This document shows positions 22,301-31,448 of a DNA stretch of 64,000 nucleotides, one piece after another; position 1 is the first letter of the stretch, and each line of letters begins with the position of its first letter. The translations under genes and the position numbers were made by a program. Source of the stretch: Christensenellaceae bacterium (GTDB taxonomy: Bacteria > Bacillota > Clostridia > Christensenellales > Borkfalkiaceae); contig JAZOMV010000012.1 in assembly GCA_045654165.1 (NCBI GenBank), positions 213 to 64,212 on the forward strand, in the 5' to 3' direction. A model generated the notes under the pieces. It worked only from the letters and a program-made list of their open reading frames with translations. It made no database searches and was not told the origin of the DNA.

Positions 22301-23641
22301 ATGAGAAAAATTAAAAAGCCCGTTGAAGACGGCACAAAACAAAAACTTTTCAAGCCCAACGTTAACGTTGAAGAAATTCAAACGGAAACCACAAAGTCTA
22401 AAGAAATTCAAAAGGCAGACTTCGTGGAATCTTTTGAAAACGTAAACGCTAAAAACGTTGCTAAAGAAGTCATAGTCCCACACGTTTTGGGTATTAAAAA
22501 CGACGAACAGACAAACATCAATAAGCGTCAAAAACTTTTTAAGACACTCATAAGTATTGCGTTTATCGTTTTCGTCGTAGCCGTTCTTGCGTTTACTTTC
22601 TACAAAGACTTTTTCGCTAACGAACAAGATTTCCCGACTTGGCGTGAAGTGAAATATATTCTTAAAGTCGGTGGGGTATTCCTTGCTCTTGCGATATTCT
22701 CTCTTTTCTTATGCTATCTTTTCAAAGCGCTCAAATTGTCGGTTTTGTGTAAGTCGCTTACGGGTAGATTTCACTTTATAACTTGTTTTGAAACGGGCAT
22801 TATAGGGCATTATTACAACTGCGTAACACCGTTAGCAGTAGGTGGCCAACCGTTTGAAATCTACCACCTTTCAAAGCACGGCGTTCACGGTGGGGTGGCA
22901 TCTTCTCTACCGATTGCAACCTACTCGTTAAATCAATTTTCTTTCGTAATATTCGGTGTTGTATCATTGCTTTTATTCAAAAATAATACTCTCAACGTGC
23001 CGTCGTCTATATATTATTCTTTCCCACCGACGTTTAAGGTGCTTGCAATCATAGGTCTTTGCCTTTGTGCGCTCGTTCCTTTAATGATTATAATATTCTC
23101 ACTCATGCCTACTATCGGTGCTAAGGTCGTACATTTAGTAGTTTTTATCGGCTCTAAATTAAGAATTATTAAACACCCTAAAGAAACGGAATACAAGACG
23201 GTAAAGAATATCATACATAATTCTCAATGCCTAAAACGAATTTTCTCTCGCCCATTGGCTGGTTTAATTTGTTTTTTGCTAAGTTTTATGGAACAAATCG
23301 CATCTGTATCAATTGCTTATTTCTCGCTTAAGACTTTCGGTTACGGAACGCTTTTCGCAGGATACACCCACCCACTTTTAGAGTGGGCGCAAGTTGCACA
23401 GTTGGTTACCTTGCTTAACTTCTCTATCTCGTTTATTCCAACACCCGGCAACTCGGGTGCGGCAGACCTTTCTTTCTACTTGTTGTTCTCAAGTTCGCTT
23501 GCCGCAGGTATGGCGTTCCCTGCAATGACTATTTGGAGATTTTTAGCGTTCTATTCATACATAGTAATCGGGTTCATCTTCGCAACCCTTAAAAAGCGTG
23601 CAGATAGAAGAAAAGAAATTTACCCTGAATTACCCGAATAA
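22301..23641 (+). CDS. UPF0104 / LPG-synthase-TM (MprF flippase-like) membrane protein
   Basis: Hydrophilic K-rich N-terminus of about 85 aa, then at least 8 TM helices with CVTPLAVGGQPFEIYHL, typical of this family. Confidence 0.6.
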   Translation: MRKIKKPVEDGTKQKLFKPNVNVEEIQTETTKSKEIQKADFVESFENVNAKNVAKEVIVPHVLGIKNDEQTNINKRQKLFKTLISIAFIVFVVAVLAFTFYKDFFANEQDFPTWREVKYILKVGGVFLALAIFSLFLCYLFKALKLSVLCKSLTGRFHFITCFETGIIGHYYNCVTPLAVGGQPFEIYHLSKHGVHGGVASSLPIATYSLNQFSFVIFGVVSLLLFKNNTLNVPSSIYYSFPPTFKVLAIIGLCLCALVPLMIIIFSLMPTIGAKVVHLVVFIGSKLRIIKHPKETEYKTVKNIIHNSQCLKRIFSRPLAGLICFLLSFMEQIASVSIAYFSLKTFGYGTLFAGYTHPLLEWAQVAQLVTLLNFSISFIPTPGNSGAADLSFYLLFSSSLAAGMAFPAMTIWRFLAFYSYIVIGFIFATLKKRADRRKEIYPELPE

Positions 23642-23656
23642 CAAAATTAAAAAATT

Positions 23657-23686
23657 AAGCGTTACCTATTTGGTAACGCTTTTTTT
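23657..23686 (+). terminator. intrinsic terminator overlapping the 3' end of the convergent GT4 gene
   Basis: aagcgttacc-tattt-ggtaacgctt followed by T6. Confidence 0.7.
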
Positions 23687-24916
23687 CATTATTTTTTCTG
23701 CTTTAAGTTTTGCTTTTTGATATTTAACTAAATCTTTGCCCACGAACTTCGCCTTGTAATTTTCAAGGATTTTTTCGTATTCGCAAATAATTTCTTCCCT
23801 TGCTTGTTTCCAAGTACGATGTAGAGTTTTATAAGCATTTTCCCCAACGGTCTTTAACAATTCGTCTTGGTCAATCACCTTCAACAAGCGATCGGCAAGG
23901 CTTTTAGCAGTTTCTTCACATAAAAACCCGTTTTCACCGTCCACAACACCTTCGGCACTACACGAATTTGCAACAAGCAAACAGGCTTTCTTATGCGCCG
24001 CCGCCTCTATCTTAACCACGCCTGCCGTATCGAAAGTAGACGGGAAAAGTTTTAGGTCCGAACGCAAATAATACCCTTTAAGTAACTCTTTATCTTTTAC
24101 TTCGTCGGTGAAAATACATCTATCGTCTATTCCGACGGTCTTTGCGTACGCTTTCACTTCGTCAAGGTCAAAACCACCACCAACGAAAATCATTTTGAAA
24201 TCTTTATCGGCTTGTTTAAGAATATTAAGCCCGTCTAAAATCATTTTTAGGTTTTTGTACCAAGCCATTCTACCAACGAAAACAAACACTCTCTTTTCGT
24301 TTGCTAAACCGTGCAAGTCGTTTATACGATCGATAAGTTCTTGGGGGTTATCAGGGTATTCAAAGTCCGTGCCGTTGCGCATAACTTTAACTTCGCCCTT
24401 ATACCCGTACATGTGCAAGTATTCTTTGGCTTTTTCACTAACCGTCCACACGCTATCTGCTTTATTGAAAACGTGCAACATATATTTAAGTGCAATCTTG
24501 CAACACAACTTACTGCCGTGGCACGCCCTTAAAAAATCGTGATGATAAAGGGTGTGCAAGGTTACTACTACGGGTATTTTATATTTTTTGCCGAGTTTAA
24601 CCACGTATCTACCAAGAGAAAAGGGTGAGTGCGTGTGTATTAGATCAAAGTTGTTGGCAACCATTTTCTTTCTAAACTTACCGTCTAGCCACGGTTGTGC
24701 CAACCTATACCCTTCGGGGGCAGGAAAAGCCAAACATCTAATAACTTCAAACGATTCGTTGTCTACGTATTTGCTTTTTCTCTTTGCCTTTGGGGCGGCA
24801 AGTTTGCACTCTACAACTTCGTTCAATAATTCGGAATAGTGACTTACTACGTTGATAGCCCCATCCACTACGGGATAATAGGTATCAAGAAGTTCACACA
24901 CTTTCATTTTTTTCAT
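23666..24916 (-). CDS. GT4-family glycosyltransferase (diacylglycerol glucosyltransferase-like)
   Basis: YYPVVDGA N-terminus, GRMAWYKN, and a C-terminal E-x7-E-type region (GENGFLCEE). Confidence 0.7.
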   Translation of the reverse strand: MKKMKVCELLDTYYPVVDGAINVVSHYSELLNEVVECKLAAPKAKRKSKYVDNESFEVIRCLAFPAPEGYRLAQPWLDGKFRKKMVANNFDLIHTHSPFSLGRYVVKLGKKYKIPVVVTLHTLYHHDFLRACHGSKLCCKIALKYMLHVFNKADSVWTVSEKAKEYLHMYGYKGEVKVMRNGTDFEYPDNPQELIDRINDLHGLANEKRVFVFVGRMAWYKNLKMILDGLNILKQADKDFKMIFVGGGFDLDEVKAYAKTVGIDDRCIFTDEVKDKELLKGYYLRSDLKLFPSTFDTAGVVKIEAAAHKKACLLVANSCSAEGVVDGENGFLCEETAKSLADRLLKVIDQDELLKTVGENAYKTLHRTWKQAREEIICEYEKILENYKAKFVGKDLVKYQKAKLKAEKIMKKSVTK

Positions 24917-24921
24917 AAACT

Positions 24922-26106
24922 TTATTTCCCAACGACGTTATTAATAACGTCAAAATCAAAATCGTAACCGATTACTTTTTTATAAATTTCAAAAGCGTTA
25001 AGCACTGCCTTGTCCATATTCAAGTGCTTGTATTCAGCAAGCCTGCCGACCAAATGCAAATGCTCGTACCCTTCGGCTTCTTTTAAGTACTTTTCGTAAG
25101 TTTTTATGTTTTTTGCCAAAGGAATAGGATAGTAAGGCAAATTCTTACCTTTTTTATACGGTTTAGCGTATTCTTTAATTATCACGGTGTTTTCCTTTGG
25201 CGAATTATACAATTTAGAAAACTCTGTAATTTTAGTGTACTTCGCAGAAACCGTGTAGTTTACAACCGTAGCGTCTTGATACGACGACGTTTTATAAGTT
25301 TCCGTTTTTGAACGAATACTTCTAAACGGAAGAACACCGTGCTTATAGCCAAAAAGTTCGTCTATTGCGCCCGTGTAGAAAACTTTACCCTCAAAAGGCT
25401 TTCCACCAAAATAAATTTGCCCGTCCTTAAAGAATAATTCTTCACGAGCATCCGTTTTTAATTTTAGTTTAATTCTAGGATGACGCAAGATATTAGCCAC
25501 CATTTCGGTAAAGCCGTTTGTGGGCATAAATTGATATTCGTCTTTATAATACCTATCGTCGTAAGACACGTTGACAGGCACTCTATTAATAAACTTTTCG
25601 CCTAAAAGTTCAGGCTTAAAGCCCCATTGCTTTAACGTGTAAATATAATATATATGTTTATAAACGAATTCAGCAAAAGCACGAATTTCGTGGTTTGCGT
25701 GGTTTTTAAGCGTGAGTATAGACGACGTGTTGTTCAAACCTATTTCGTTTATCAATACTTCTTTAATACGACCTGCTTTTTCCGGCAAGTATAATTTTTC
25801 AAGCGAATTAAGATTAAACGGAACAGGCACGAGTTTATCTTTTCTTACCCAAGCAAGCGCCTTATGTTCATATTTTTCCCATAAGGTAAACTTAGAGAGA
25901 AAATCAAACACTTTCTTATTATCCGTGTGGAAAATATGAGTACCGTAAGGTTGAACCAAAATATCGTTTTTATCACGATAATCGTAAATATTCCCACCGA
26001 CGGTTTCTCTTTTATCAATAACGATAACGTCCATCCCGTCTTCTGCAAACATCCTTGCTATCGTAGAACCGGTTATACCTGCCCCAACGACTATAATTTT
26101 TTCCAT
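24922..26106 (-). CDS. glf: UDP-galactopyranose mutase
   Basis: I prefer the start at MEKIIVVGAGITGSTIA (FAD-binding GxGxxG). VGGN.YD, YTPYGTHIFH-like region, and a C-terminal GRLAEYKHLNMD. Confidence 0.85.
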   Translation of the reverse strand: MEKIIVVGAGITGSTIARMFAEDGMDVIVIDKRETVGGNIYDYRDKNDILVQPYGTHIFHTDNKKVFDFLSKFTLWEKYEHKALAWVRKDKLVPVPFNLNSLEKLYLPEKAGRIKEVLINEIGLNNTSSILTLKNHANHEIRAFAEFVYKHIYYIYTLKQWGFKPELLGEKFINRVPVNVSYDDRYYKDEYQFMPTNGFTEMVANILRHPRIKLKLKTDAREELFFKDGQIYFGGKPFEGKVFYTGAIDELFGYKHGVLPFRSIRSKTETYKTSSYQDATVVNYTVSAKYTKITEFSKLYNSPKENTVIIKEYAKPYKKGKNLPYYPIPLAKNIKTYEKYLKEAEGYEHLHLVGRLAEYKHLNMDKAVLNAFEIYKKVIGYDFDFDVINNVVGK

Positions 26107-26116
26107 AGTAATACCC

Positions 26117-27292
26117 TTAATCTTTTTTAAGCTCAGCAACGAATTCTGAAATTTTTTCTATTGCTTCGGTAAGATTTTTCATAGAATATGCGTAAGAACA
26201 TCTAACGTAATATTTACCAAACTCACCGAAAGCACTACCGGGCACGACTGCAACTTTCTTTTCTTTTAGCAAGAGTGTTGCAAACTCGTCACCCGTCATA
26301 CCCGTTTCTTTCACGCAAGGGAAAATGTAGAACGCACCTTCAGGTTCAAAACAACTAAGCCCCAGACTCTTAAACGAGTTGAACATAAATTTTCTTCGTC
26401 TATCGTATTCTTCACGCATTAAAACAACGTCTTGATACCCGTCGATTTCCCCTTGTTCCAAGCCACCTAGCGCAGCGTATTGTGAGAAAATCGGCGCACA
26501 AATAGTTACGTATTGATGAATTTTAAGCATTGCGCCAAGCACGGGTTCGTTTGCACACACGTAGCCTACACGCCACCCCGTCATTGCGAACGCTTTAGAA
26601 AACCCACTTATTAAAACTACTCTATCTTTCAATTCTTTAAAAGACGCTATTGAGCAATGTTTCTTTCCGTAAGTAAGTTCTGCGTAAATCTCATCTGAAA
26701 TAATCAACAAGTCGTGCTTTAATATGGTAGGAATAATTTTTTCTATATCTTCTTTATCCATAATGCCACCCGTTGGGTTGTTTGGATAAGGAAAAATAAG
26801 CACTTTAGTTTTTTCAGTTATAACCTTTTCAAGGTTTTCTTTGGTAAGTTTAAACCCGTTCTCACCGTCGCACGGCACGGAAACGGCAACGCCACCTAAA
26901 AGTTCTACGCAAGGTTTATACGAAACGTAACTAGGATCGGGAATAAGCACTTCATCCCCTTCGTCTACGACAGCTCTTAAGGTAATATCAATAGCTTCGC
27001 TTGCACCTATAGTTATTATAGTTTCTTCCGGCGAATATTCAACCCCGAAAACGGTTTGCAAATATTCGGAAATCTTTTTTCTTAATTTAGGCAACCCTTT
27101 ATTAGAAGTATATTGAGTATACCCTTTTTTTAACGCTTGTATACCCACGTCACGAATTGACCAAGGTGTTATAAAATCGGGTTCGCCAACGCCTAACGAT
27201 ATAACGTCTTCCATTTCAGACGCAATATCAAAGAATTTTCTAATCCCCGATGGTTTTAAGTTTTTAGCCTTTTGGCTTATAAAATTTCTCAT
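26117..27292 (-). CDS. class I/II PLP-dependent aminotransferase (AspC-like)
   Basis: NPTG motif and the PLP-lysine context SGFSKAFAMTGWRVGY. Confidence 0.85.
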   Translation of the reverse strand: MRNFISQKAKNLKPSGIRKFFDIASEMEDVISLGVGEPDFITPWSIRDVGIQALKKGYTQYTSNKGLPKLRKKISEYLQTVFGVEYSPEETIITIGASEAIDITLRAVVDEGDEVLIPDPSYVSYKPCVELLGGVAVSVPCDGENGFKLTKENLEKVITEKTKVLIFPYPNNPTGGIMDKEDIEKIIPTILKHDLLIISDEIYAELTYGKKHCSIASFKELKDRVVLISGFSKAFAMTGWRVGYVCANEPVLGAMLKIHQYVTICAPIFSQYAALGGLEQGEIDGYQDVVLMREEYDRRRKFMFNSFKSLGLSCFEPEGAFYIFPCVKETGMTGDEFATLLLKEKKVAVVPGSAFGEFGKYYVRCSYAYSMKNLTEAIEKISEFVAELKKD

Positions 27293-27777
27293 GCTTGTAT
27301 TATCTGTCTTCTACTCTCTTCTTGTACTTTAGCGATCTGCCCTTCTATCTTATACTTTTTAAGAATAAAATGGGTTTGAACGCTGGTGATACCTATAACG
27401 CTAAGTTTTTCTGAAACGAAGCGTGCGATATCGGTAATAGACTTCCCTTCAACGAAAACGGCAAGGTCGAAACCCCCACTCATAAGATATAAACTTTGAA
27501 CTTCGTCAAAGTGATAAATCTGTTCGGCGTAAGAATCGAACCCTTTTAACTTTTGTGGTTCAACCTTAACTTCTATAAGGGCTTGAACTTTGGTTTCTGC
27601 CATTACTTCTGTATTTAAGATGGCGGCGTATTTAACGATAACGCCGTCTTTTTCAAGTTCTTTTATGGCTGACTTTACGGCTCGTTCATCAATGCCAAGC
27701 ATTGCGCTTAGTTCTTTATCTGAATATCTTGCGTTTTCAACTAGTAACTCAACGAGTTGTTTTTTAATTTTTTCCAT
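27289..27777 (-). CDS. Lrp/AsnC family transcriptional regulator
   Basis: AsnC-type HTH (YSDKELSAMLGIDERAVKSAIKELEKDGVI) plus a RAM-like C-domain. Overlaps the aminotransferase gene by 4 nt. Confidence 0.8.
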   Translation of the reverse strand: MEKIKKQLVELLVENARYSDKELSAMLGIDERAVKSAIKELEKDGVIVKYAAILNTEVMAETKVQALIEVKVEPQKLKGFDSYAEQIYHFDEVQSLYLMSGGFDLAVFVEGKSITDIARFVSEKLSVIGITSVQTHFILKKYKIEGQIAKVQEESRRQIIQA

Positions 27778-27844
27778 AATAATCTCCATTATAATACTCT
27801 TTTATTTATTATAACCTTAACGACAAGGTTTGTCAATATTTATC

Positions 27845-27873
27845 TTGATTTTATGCCTTTAATATGGTACAAT
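27845..27873 (+). promoter_or_regulatory. extended -10 promoter of the small hypothetical gene
   Basis: TTGATT (27845-27850), 17 nt, TGgTACAAT (-10 at 27868-27873). Confidence 0.5.
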
Positions 27874-27894
27874 ATAACCACTAAGGAGTAATTT

Positions 27895-28155
27895 ATGATA
27901 CGCATTTGGGCTAAAGTTATGAAAAAAGACAAAATAATTAAGCAATATATGCTTGAACGCACCGAAACGATGGATTATTCGGAATTTTTTTCATATCTTC
28001 AAGAAATTTGTGAAAATCTTGACGTTGCAACCCCCGTATTGATAAAAACGCATCTTTTTAATTACGCCAAATACAATAACGTACGCTTTACTCAAAGCGA
28101 CTTCGTTGAAACGATAGATTTTGATAAACTTGTTTTAGAAAACGCATTTCTTTGA
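27895..28155 (+). CDS. hypothetical protein (86 aa)
   Basis: Good SD (AAGGAG), own promoter and a terminator-like hairpin. No family recognised. Confidence 0.5.
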   Translation: MIRIWAKVMKKDKIIKQYMLERTETMDYSEFFSYLQEICENLDVATPVLIKTHLFNYAKYNNVRFTQSDFVETIDFDKLVLENAFL

Positions 28156-28165
28156 TTTGCGTTTT

Positions 28166-28756
28166 TTATTTTGTCTTAGAAAATTCACAACCACAATAGT
28201 TTTGTCTATAAAGTCCAAGTTCGTTAGAAAGTTCAATAGACCGTAAATACCCACCCTTTTTCTTAAAATCGGTGGGTAAATATTTAGCCTTATCCCCTTG
28301 AACAAACTCCCCCGTTTGATTTAGAACTTGCGAATTTTTAAGTGGACTTACCGTGAGCGTGGTTGCAAAATAATCGTACCCGTCGGCATCTGCTTTGTCT
28401 GCCGTTTTTTTAAGCCGTAACTCAAAACACTTCTTACAGCGAGCACCACCTTCTTTTTCCTTTTCTAAACCACTTATGCAGTCGTAAAATTCTTGCGAAA
28501 GGTAGGGCTCTGCTATATATTTAACCCCAAACTTATCTTTAAGTTTTTCAAGTTCGCCCCGTCTTAAAGAATATTCTTCTTCGCCATCCATATTCGGATT
28601 ATAAAAGTAAAGGGTTATATCAAAATTTTCTTTTAACCTTTCCACACAAGCAGACGCACAAGGGGCGCAACAAGCGTGCAATAATAGCGTGGGCTTTTTC
28701 CCCGAAAAACTTTCTATTACCTTTTCCATTAAAAGATTATAGTTTACTGAATTCAT
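28166..28756 (-). CDS. queH: epoxyqueuosine reductase QueH (DUF208)
   Basis: LLHACCAPCASACVERL, FYNPN, and the C-terminal CGCEFS cysteine pattern. Confidence 0.85.
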   Translation of the reverse strand: MNSVNYNLLMEKVIESFSGKKPTLLLHACCAPCASACVERLKENFDITLYFYNPNMDGEEEYSLRRGELEKLKDKFGVKYIAEPYLSQEFYDCISGLEKEKEGGARCKKCFELRLKKTADKADADGYDYFATTLTVSPLKNSQVLNQTGEFVQGDKAKYLPTDFKKKGGYLRSIELSNELGLYRQNYCGCEFSKTK

Positions 28757-29454
28757 AATATCTCAACTTTTTCAATCTTGCCGTTAGCGTTGGTTAAGGT
28801 ATAAGCCTTGCCACCTGCCGATATTACCTTGCTCAACTTACCGTTAACGAACTCTATTGCACAATCGTTTTCCACGGCGTATGCAAACGGCACGCTAGAA
28901 TTTTTCATTGCCTCTAAAAAATCCTTTTCACGCTCGTTATAATGTGGGCACATAGTCCCGTCAAGCACGCCCAAACCCTTTTTCAACACGTATTCTGAAC
29001 TTTGACCACGCATAATTTCATAGTCGGTATACATATCTGCAAACCAACATATTGCACCTGCCGAAAGCCCACAAATAATCTTACCGTCTTCATAGGCTTG
29101 AACTATCATTTTGTCAACGCCTAGTTCTTTCCACCTATCTAACATATACACGGTATCCCCACCACCGATATAAATACAATCGGCTTTTGCGATTTTATCT
29201 GCTATCTTTTCTACCGACATTTCCCCGTAAACCATCAACCCAACTTCTGCTTTAATATCGAACACCGAAGTATAAGTTTTTCTAAAACTGTTAAAATACG
29301 GCATACTGTCGTGAGAAGCCGTGCCGATAAAAAGAGCGTTCGCCCTGTTTTCGCCTGCGTGTATTTTAGCAAGTTCGGCAACGTAACGATCTATTTCAAG
29401 AGTGGTTTTGTTTCGTATTTCCCCACCACCGATAGCAATAATTCTTTTATCCAT
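28753..29454 (-). CDS. S51 peptidase (dipeptidase E-like)
   Basis: IGGGDT and the nucleophile context GLSAGAICW. About 230 aa. Confidence 0.65.
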   Translation of the reverse strand: MDKRIIAIGGGEIRNKTTLEIDRYVAELAKIHAGENRANALFIGTASHDSMPYFNSFRKTYTSVFDIKAEVGLMVYGEMSVEKIADKIAKADCIYIGGGDTVYMLDRWKELGVDKMIVQAYEDGKIICGLSAGAICWFADMYTDYEIMRGQSSEYVLKKGLGVLDGTMCPHYNEREKDFLEAMKNSSVPFAYAVENDCAIEFVNGKLSKVISAGGKAYTLTNANGKIEKVEIL

Positions 29455-29484
29455 ATTTCCTCTTAAAAAAGGTCAGACACTAGT

Positions 29485-30168
29485 CTAACCTTTCAAAATT
29501 TTTCTTGCATTTTCATAGTATACGGCACGAACGGCGTCGTTCCCGAATTTTTTGCGAACGATTTTCATGCTGTCTGACATATAATTACGCCTACCCACGT
29601 GAACGTCACTAGCCACAAAATCAACGAGTGCACGCTCAAATAATCGTTTAACCTTTCTACGTATTCTACCCTTTCTAACGATAGAATCTGCGTTGACTTG
29701 GATTAACCCACCCACTTGCTTAATTTCAAACGCAGTTTTGTAGTCGGCGTAAAAATATCTTTCTAGATGCGCAACGATAGGTATATACCCTAAAAGCACG
29801 AGTTCGTAAACGTCGCTTACTATATCACGTTCGTTTGCAGTATCGAATTCCACTAAAAGGTATTTAGAGTTTGCCAAAGTGCAAACGGCGTTTTGTTCTA
29901 GCAACTCTTTAACCCCGTGCGTCATAAAAATTTCTTGACCGAGATAAAGATTTACGTTCAAGCCTTTGTCTTTTACGATTTGACTAAACTTTTCAAATTC
30001 CGAATTGATTTTTTCTTTCGGCAATCTAAAGCGAGAACGATAATGCGGGGTTAAAATTATACGTTCAACGCCTTGCTTTATCGCATCTTCTATCAAACCA
30101 AGCGAACTTTCTAAATCAACGCTTCCGTCGTCGACAAACGGTATAATGTGACTATGAATATCTATCAT
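29485..30168 (-). CDS. PHP-family protein-tyrosine phosphatase (CpsB/YwqE type)
   Basis: MIDIHSHIIPFVDDGS, TPHY, AHLERY, ASDVH. Confidence 0.85.
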   Translation of the reverse strand: MIDIHSHIIPFVDDGSVDLESSLGLIEDAIKQGVERIILTPHYRSRFRLPKEKINSEFEKFSQIVKDKGLNVNLYLGQEIFMTHGVKELLEQNAVCTLANSKYLLVEFDTANERDIVSDVYELVLLGYIPIVAHLERYFYADYKTAFEIKQVGGLIQVNADSIVRKGRIRRKVKRLFERALVDFVASDVHVGRRNYMSDSMKIVRKKFGNDAVRAVYYENARKILKG

Positions 30169-30184
30169 ACCTTACACCTACGAA

Positions 30185-30955
30185 TTATTTGTTTTCTGCA
30201 GACTCCGTATTTTCGTCTTCTTCTGTATCGTAGTAATAATACTTAGAATAGGAATAATAATAGTAATGCTTATAATCGTAGCCCTTTTCCTTTCTCTTGT
30301 CGTACTTTGAGAACACCGAGCCGAGTATTTTTATATCGTTTTTCTTAAGTTCTTTGATTGCATCCGTTGCTTGAGCCTTAGTCGTTTGCGCATAAGCTGC
30401 AACGAAAAGCACCCCGTCGCTTACCTTAGAAATGTGGATGTAGTCGGAAATTTGAAGTACCGGCGCACAGTCTAAAATAACGTAATCAAATTCTTCTTTG
30501 AGTTTAGCGATAAGGTCTTTAAATATATTAGAAGTCAAAACTAACGCAGGGTTATGAATTTTAGCGCCACCCGTAACCAAACTTACGTTTTTATATTTGG
30601 TGGGTTTTACGATATCTTCTTTAGTAGCAGTACCCAAAACGTATTCGCTTATACCAATATCTTTACTAAGGTCGAAAAGCATGTGTGCCTTAGGTTTTCT
30701 AAAGTCAAGGTCTACTACTACGCATTTTTTATCCGTAAGCCCTAAACTAACGGCAAGGTTACACGCAATAGAAGTTTTACCTTCACACGAAAGAGCAGAT
30801 TCTATTTGAATAACTCTATTATTTCCGTCTGCACTCATAAATAAAATATTATCTTTAAGACGGTTATACCCTTCAATAATTCTTGATGGCGCATGTTCTT
30901 TTACGACGATTTTTCTTATGCTATCATCATTTTTCTTTCTCTTTTTAAACAACAT
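30185..30955 (-). CDS. CpsD/CapB/YwqD-type bacterial tyrosine (BY) kinase, cytoplasmic subunit
   Basis: Walker A SCEGKTS, A' VVVDLDFRKP, B VILDCAP. The C-terminal tail carries 12 Tyr within 25 residues (YDYKHYYYYSYSKYYYY). Confidence 0.85.
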   Translation of the reverse strand: MLFKKRKKNDDSIRKIVVKEHAPSRIIEGYNRLKDNILFMSADGNNRVIQIESALSCEGKTSIACNLAVSLGLTDKKCVVVDLDFRKPKAHMLFDLSKDIGISEYVLGTATKEDIVKPTKYKNVSLVTGGAKIHNPALVLTSNIFKDLIAKLKEEFDYVILDCAPVLQISDYIHISKVSDGVLFVAAYAQTTKAQATDAIKELKKNDIKILGSVFSKYDKRKEKGYDYKHYYYYSYSKYYYYDTEEDENTESAENK

Positions 30956-30993
30956 CTTATTGTTCCTCCCTGTGTTAATACTTAAGTAATTTA

Positions 30994-31437
30994 TTAATAC
31001 GGACCAACGTAAGTCGCTTTACAATAAGCAACTATAGTTATTATGCCGTTAACTGCAATTTCTTCACCAACTTTGGTGTTGCTAGTAATTTCATACAACT
31101 TGCCGTCTAATAGATAACGCCAACCTGAAAAATAATAATTAGCGTCTTTAGAATTAATAACTTCGCCGTTTTTATCAACGACTACCGGCGTAAGGTTTTT
31201 AACAGCCATTGACAAAGGTCTGCCTTTTCTAAGTCTTTTGGTCGCAAGTTCCTTTTTCCCGTTTACCTTAGTGTAGGAATTATAATATTTTACGCCATCT
31301 TTAGAATATTGTGCGTATTGATAGTCAAGCAGGTATTTAATTTGATAAGTTTCTTCTTCCCTAGTGCAACCAAAAAGTGAAAACGCAGTAGTTATAAGCA
31401 ATATTGAAAGAATTATTGCAAATATCCTTTTTTTCAT
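30994..31437 (-). CDS. lipoprotein with one Listeria-Bacteroides-type (Flg_new-like) repeat
   Basis: Lipobox FSLFGC. YFSGWRYLLDGKLYE...ITIVAYC. Paralog of the C-terminal half of the upstream gene. Confidence 0.6.
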   Translation of the reverse strand: MKKRIFAIILSILLITTAFSLFGCTREEETYQIKYLLDYQYAQYSKDGVKYYNSYTKVNGKKELATKRLRKGRPLSMAVKNLTPVVVDKNGEVINSKDANYYFSGWRYLLDGKLYEITSNTKVGEEIAVNGIITIVAYCKATYVGPY

Positions 31438-31448
31438 TTGGTTTCCCC

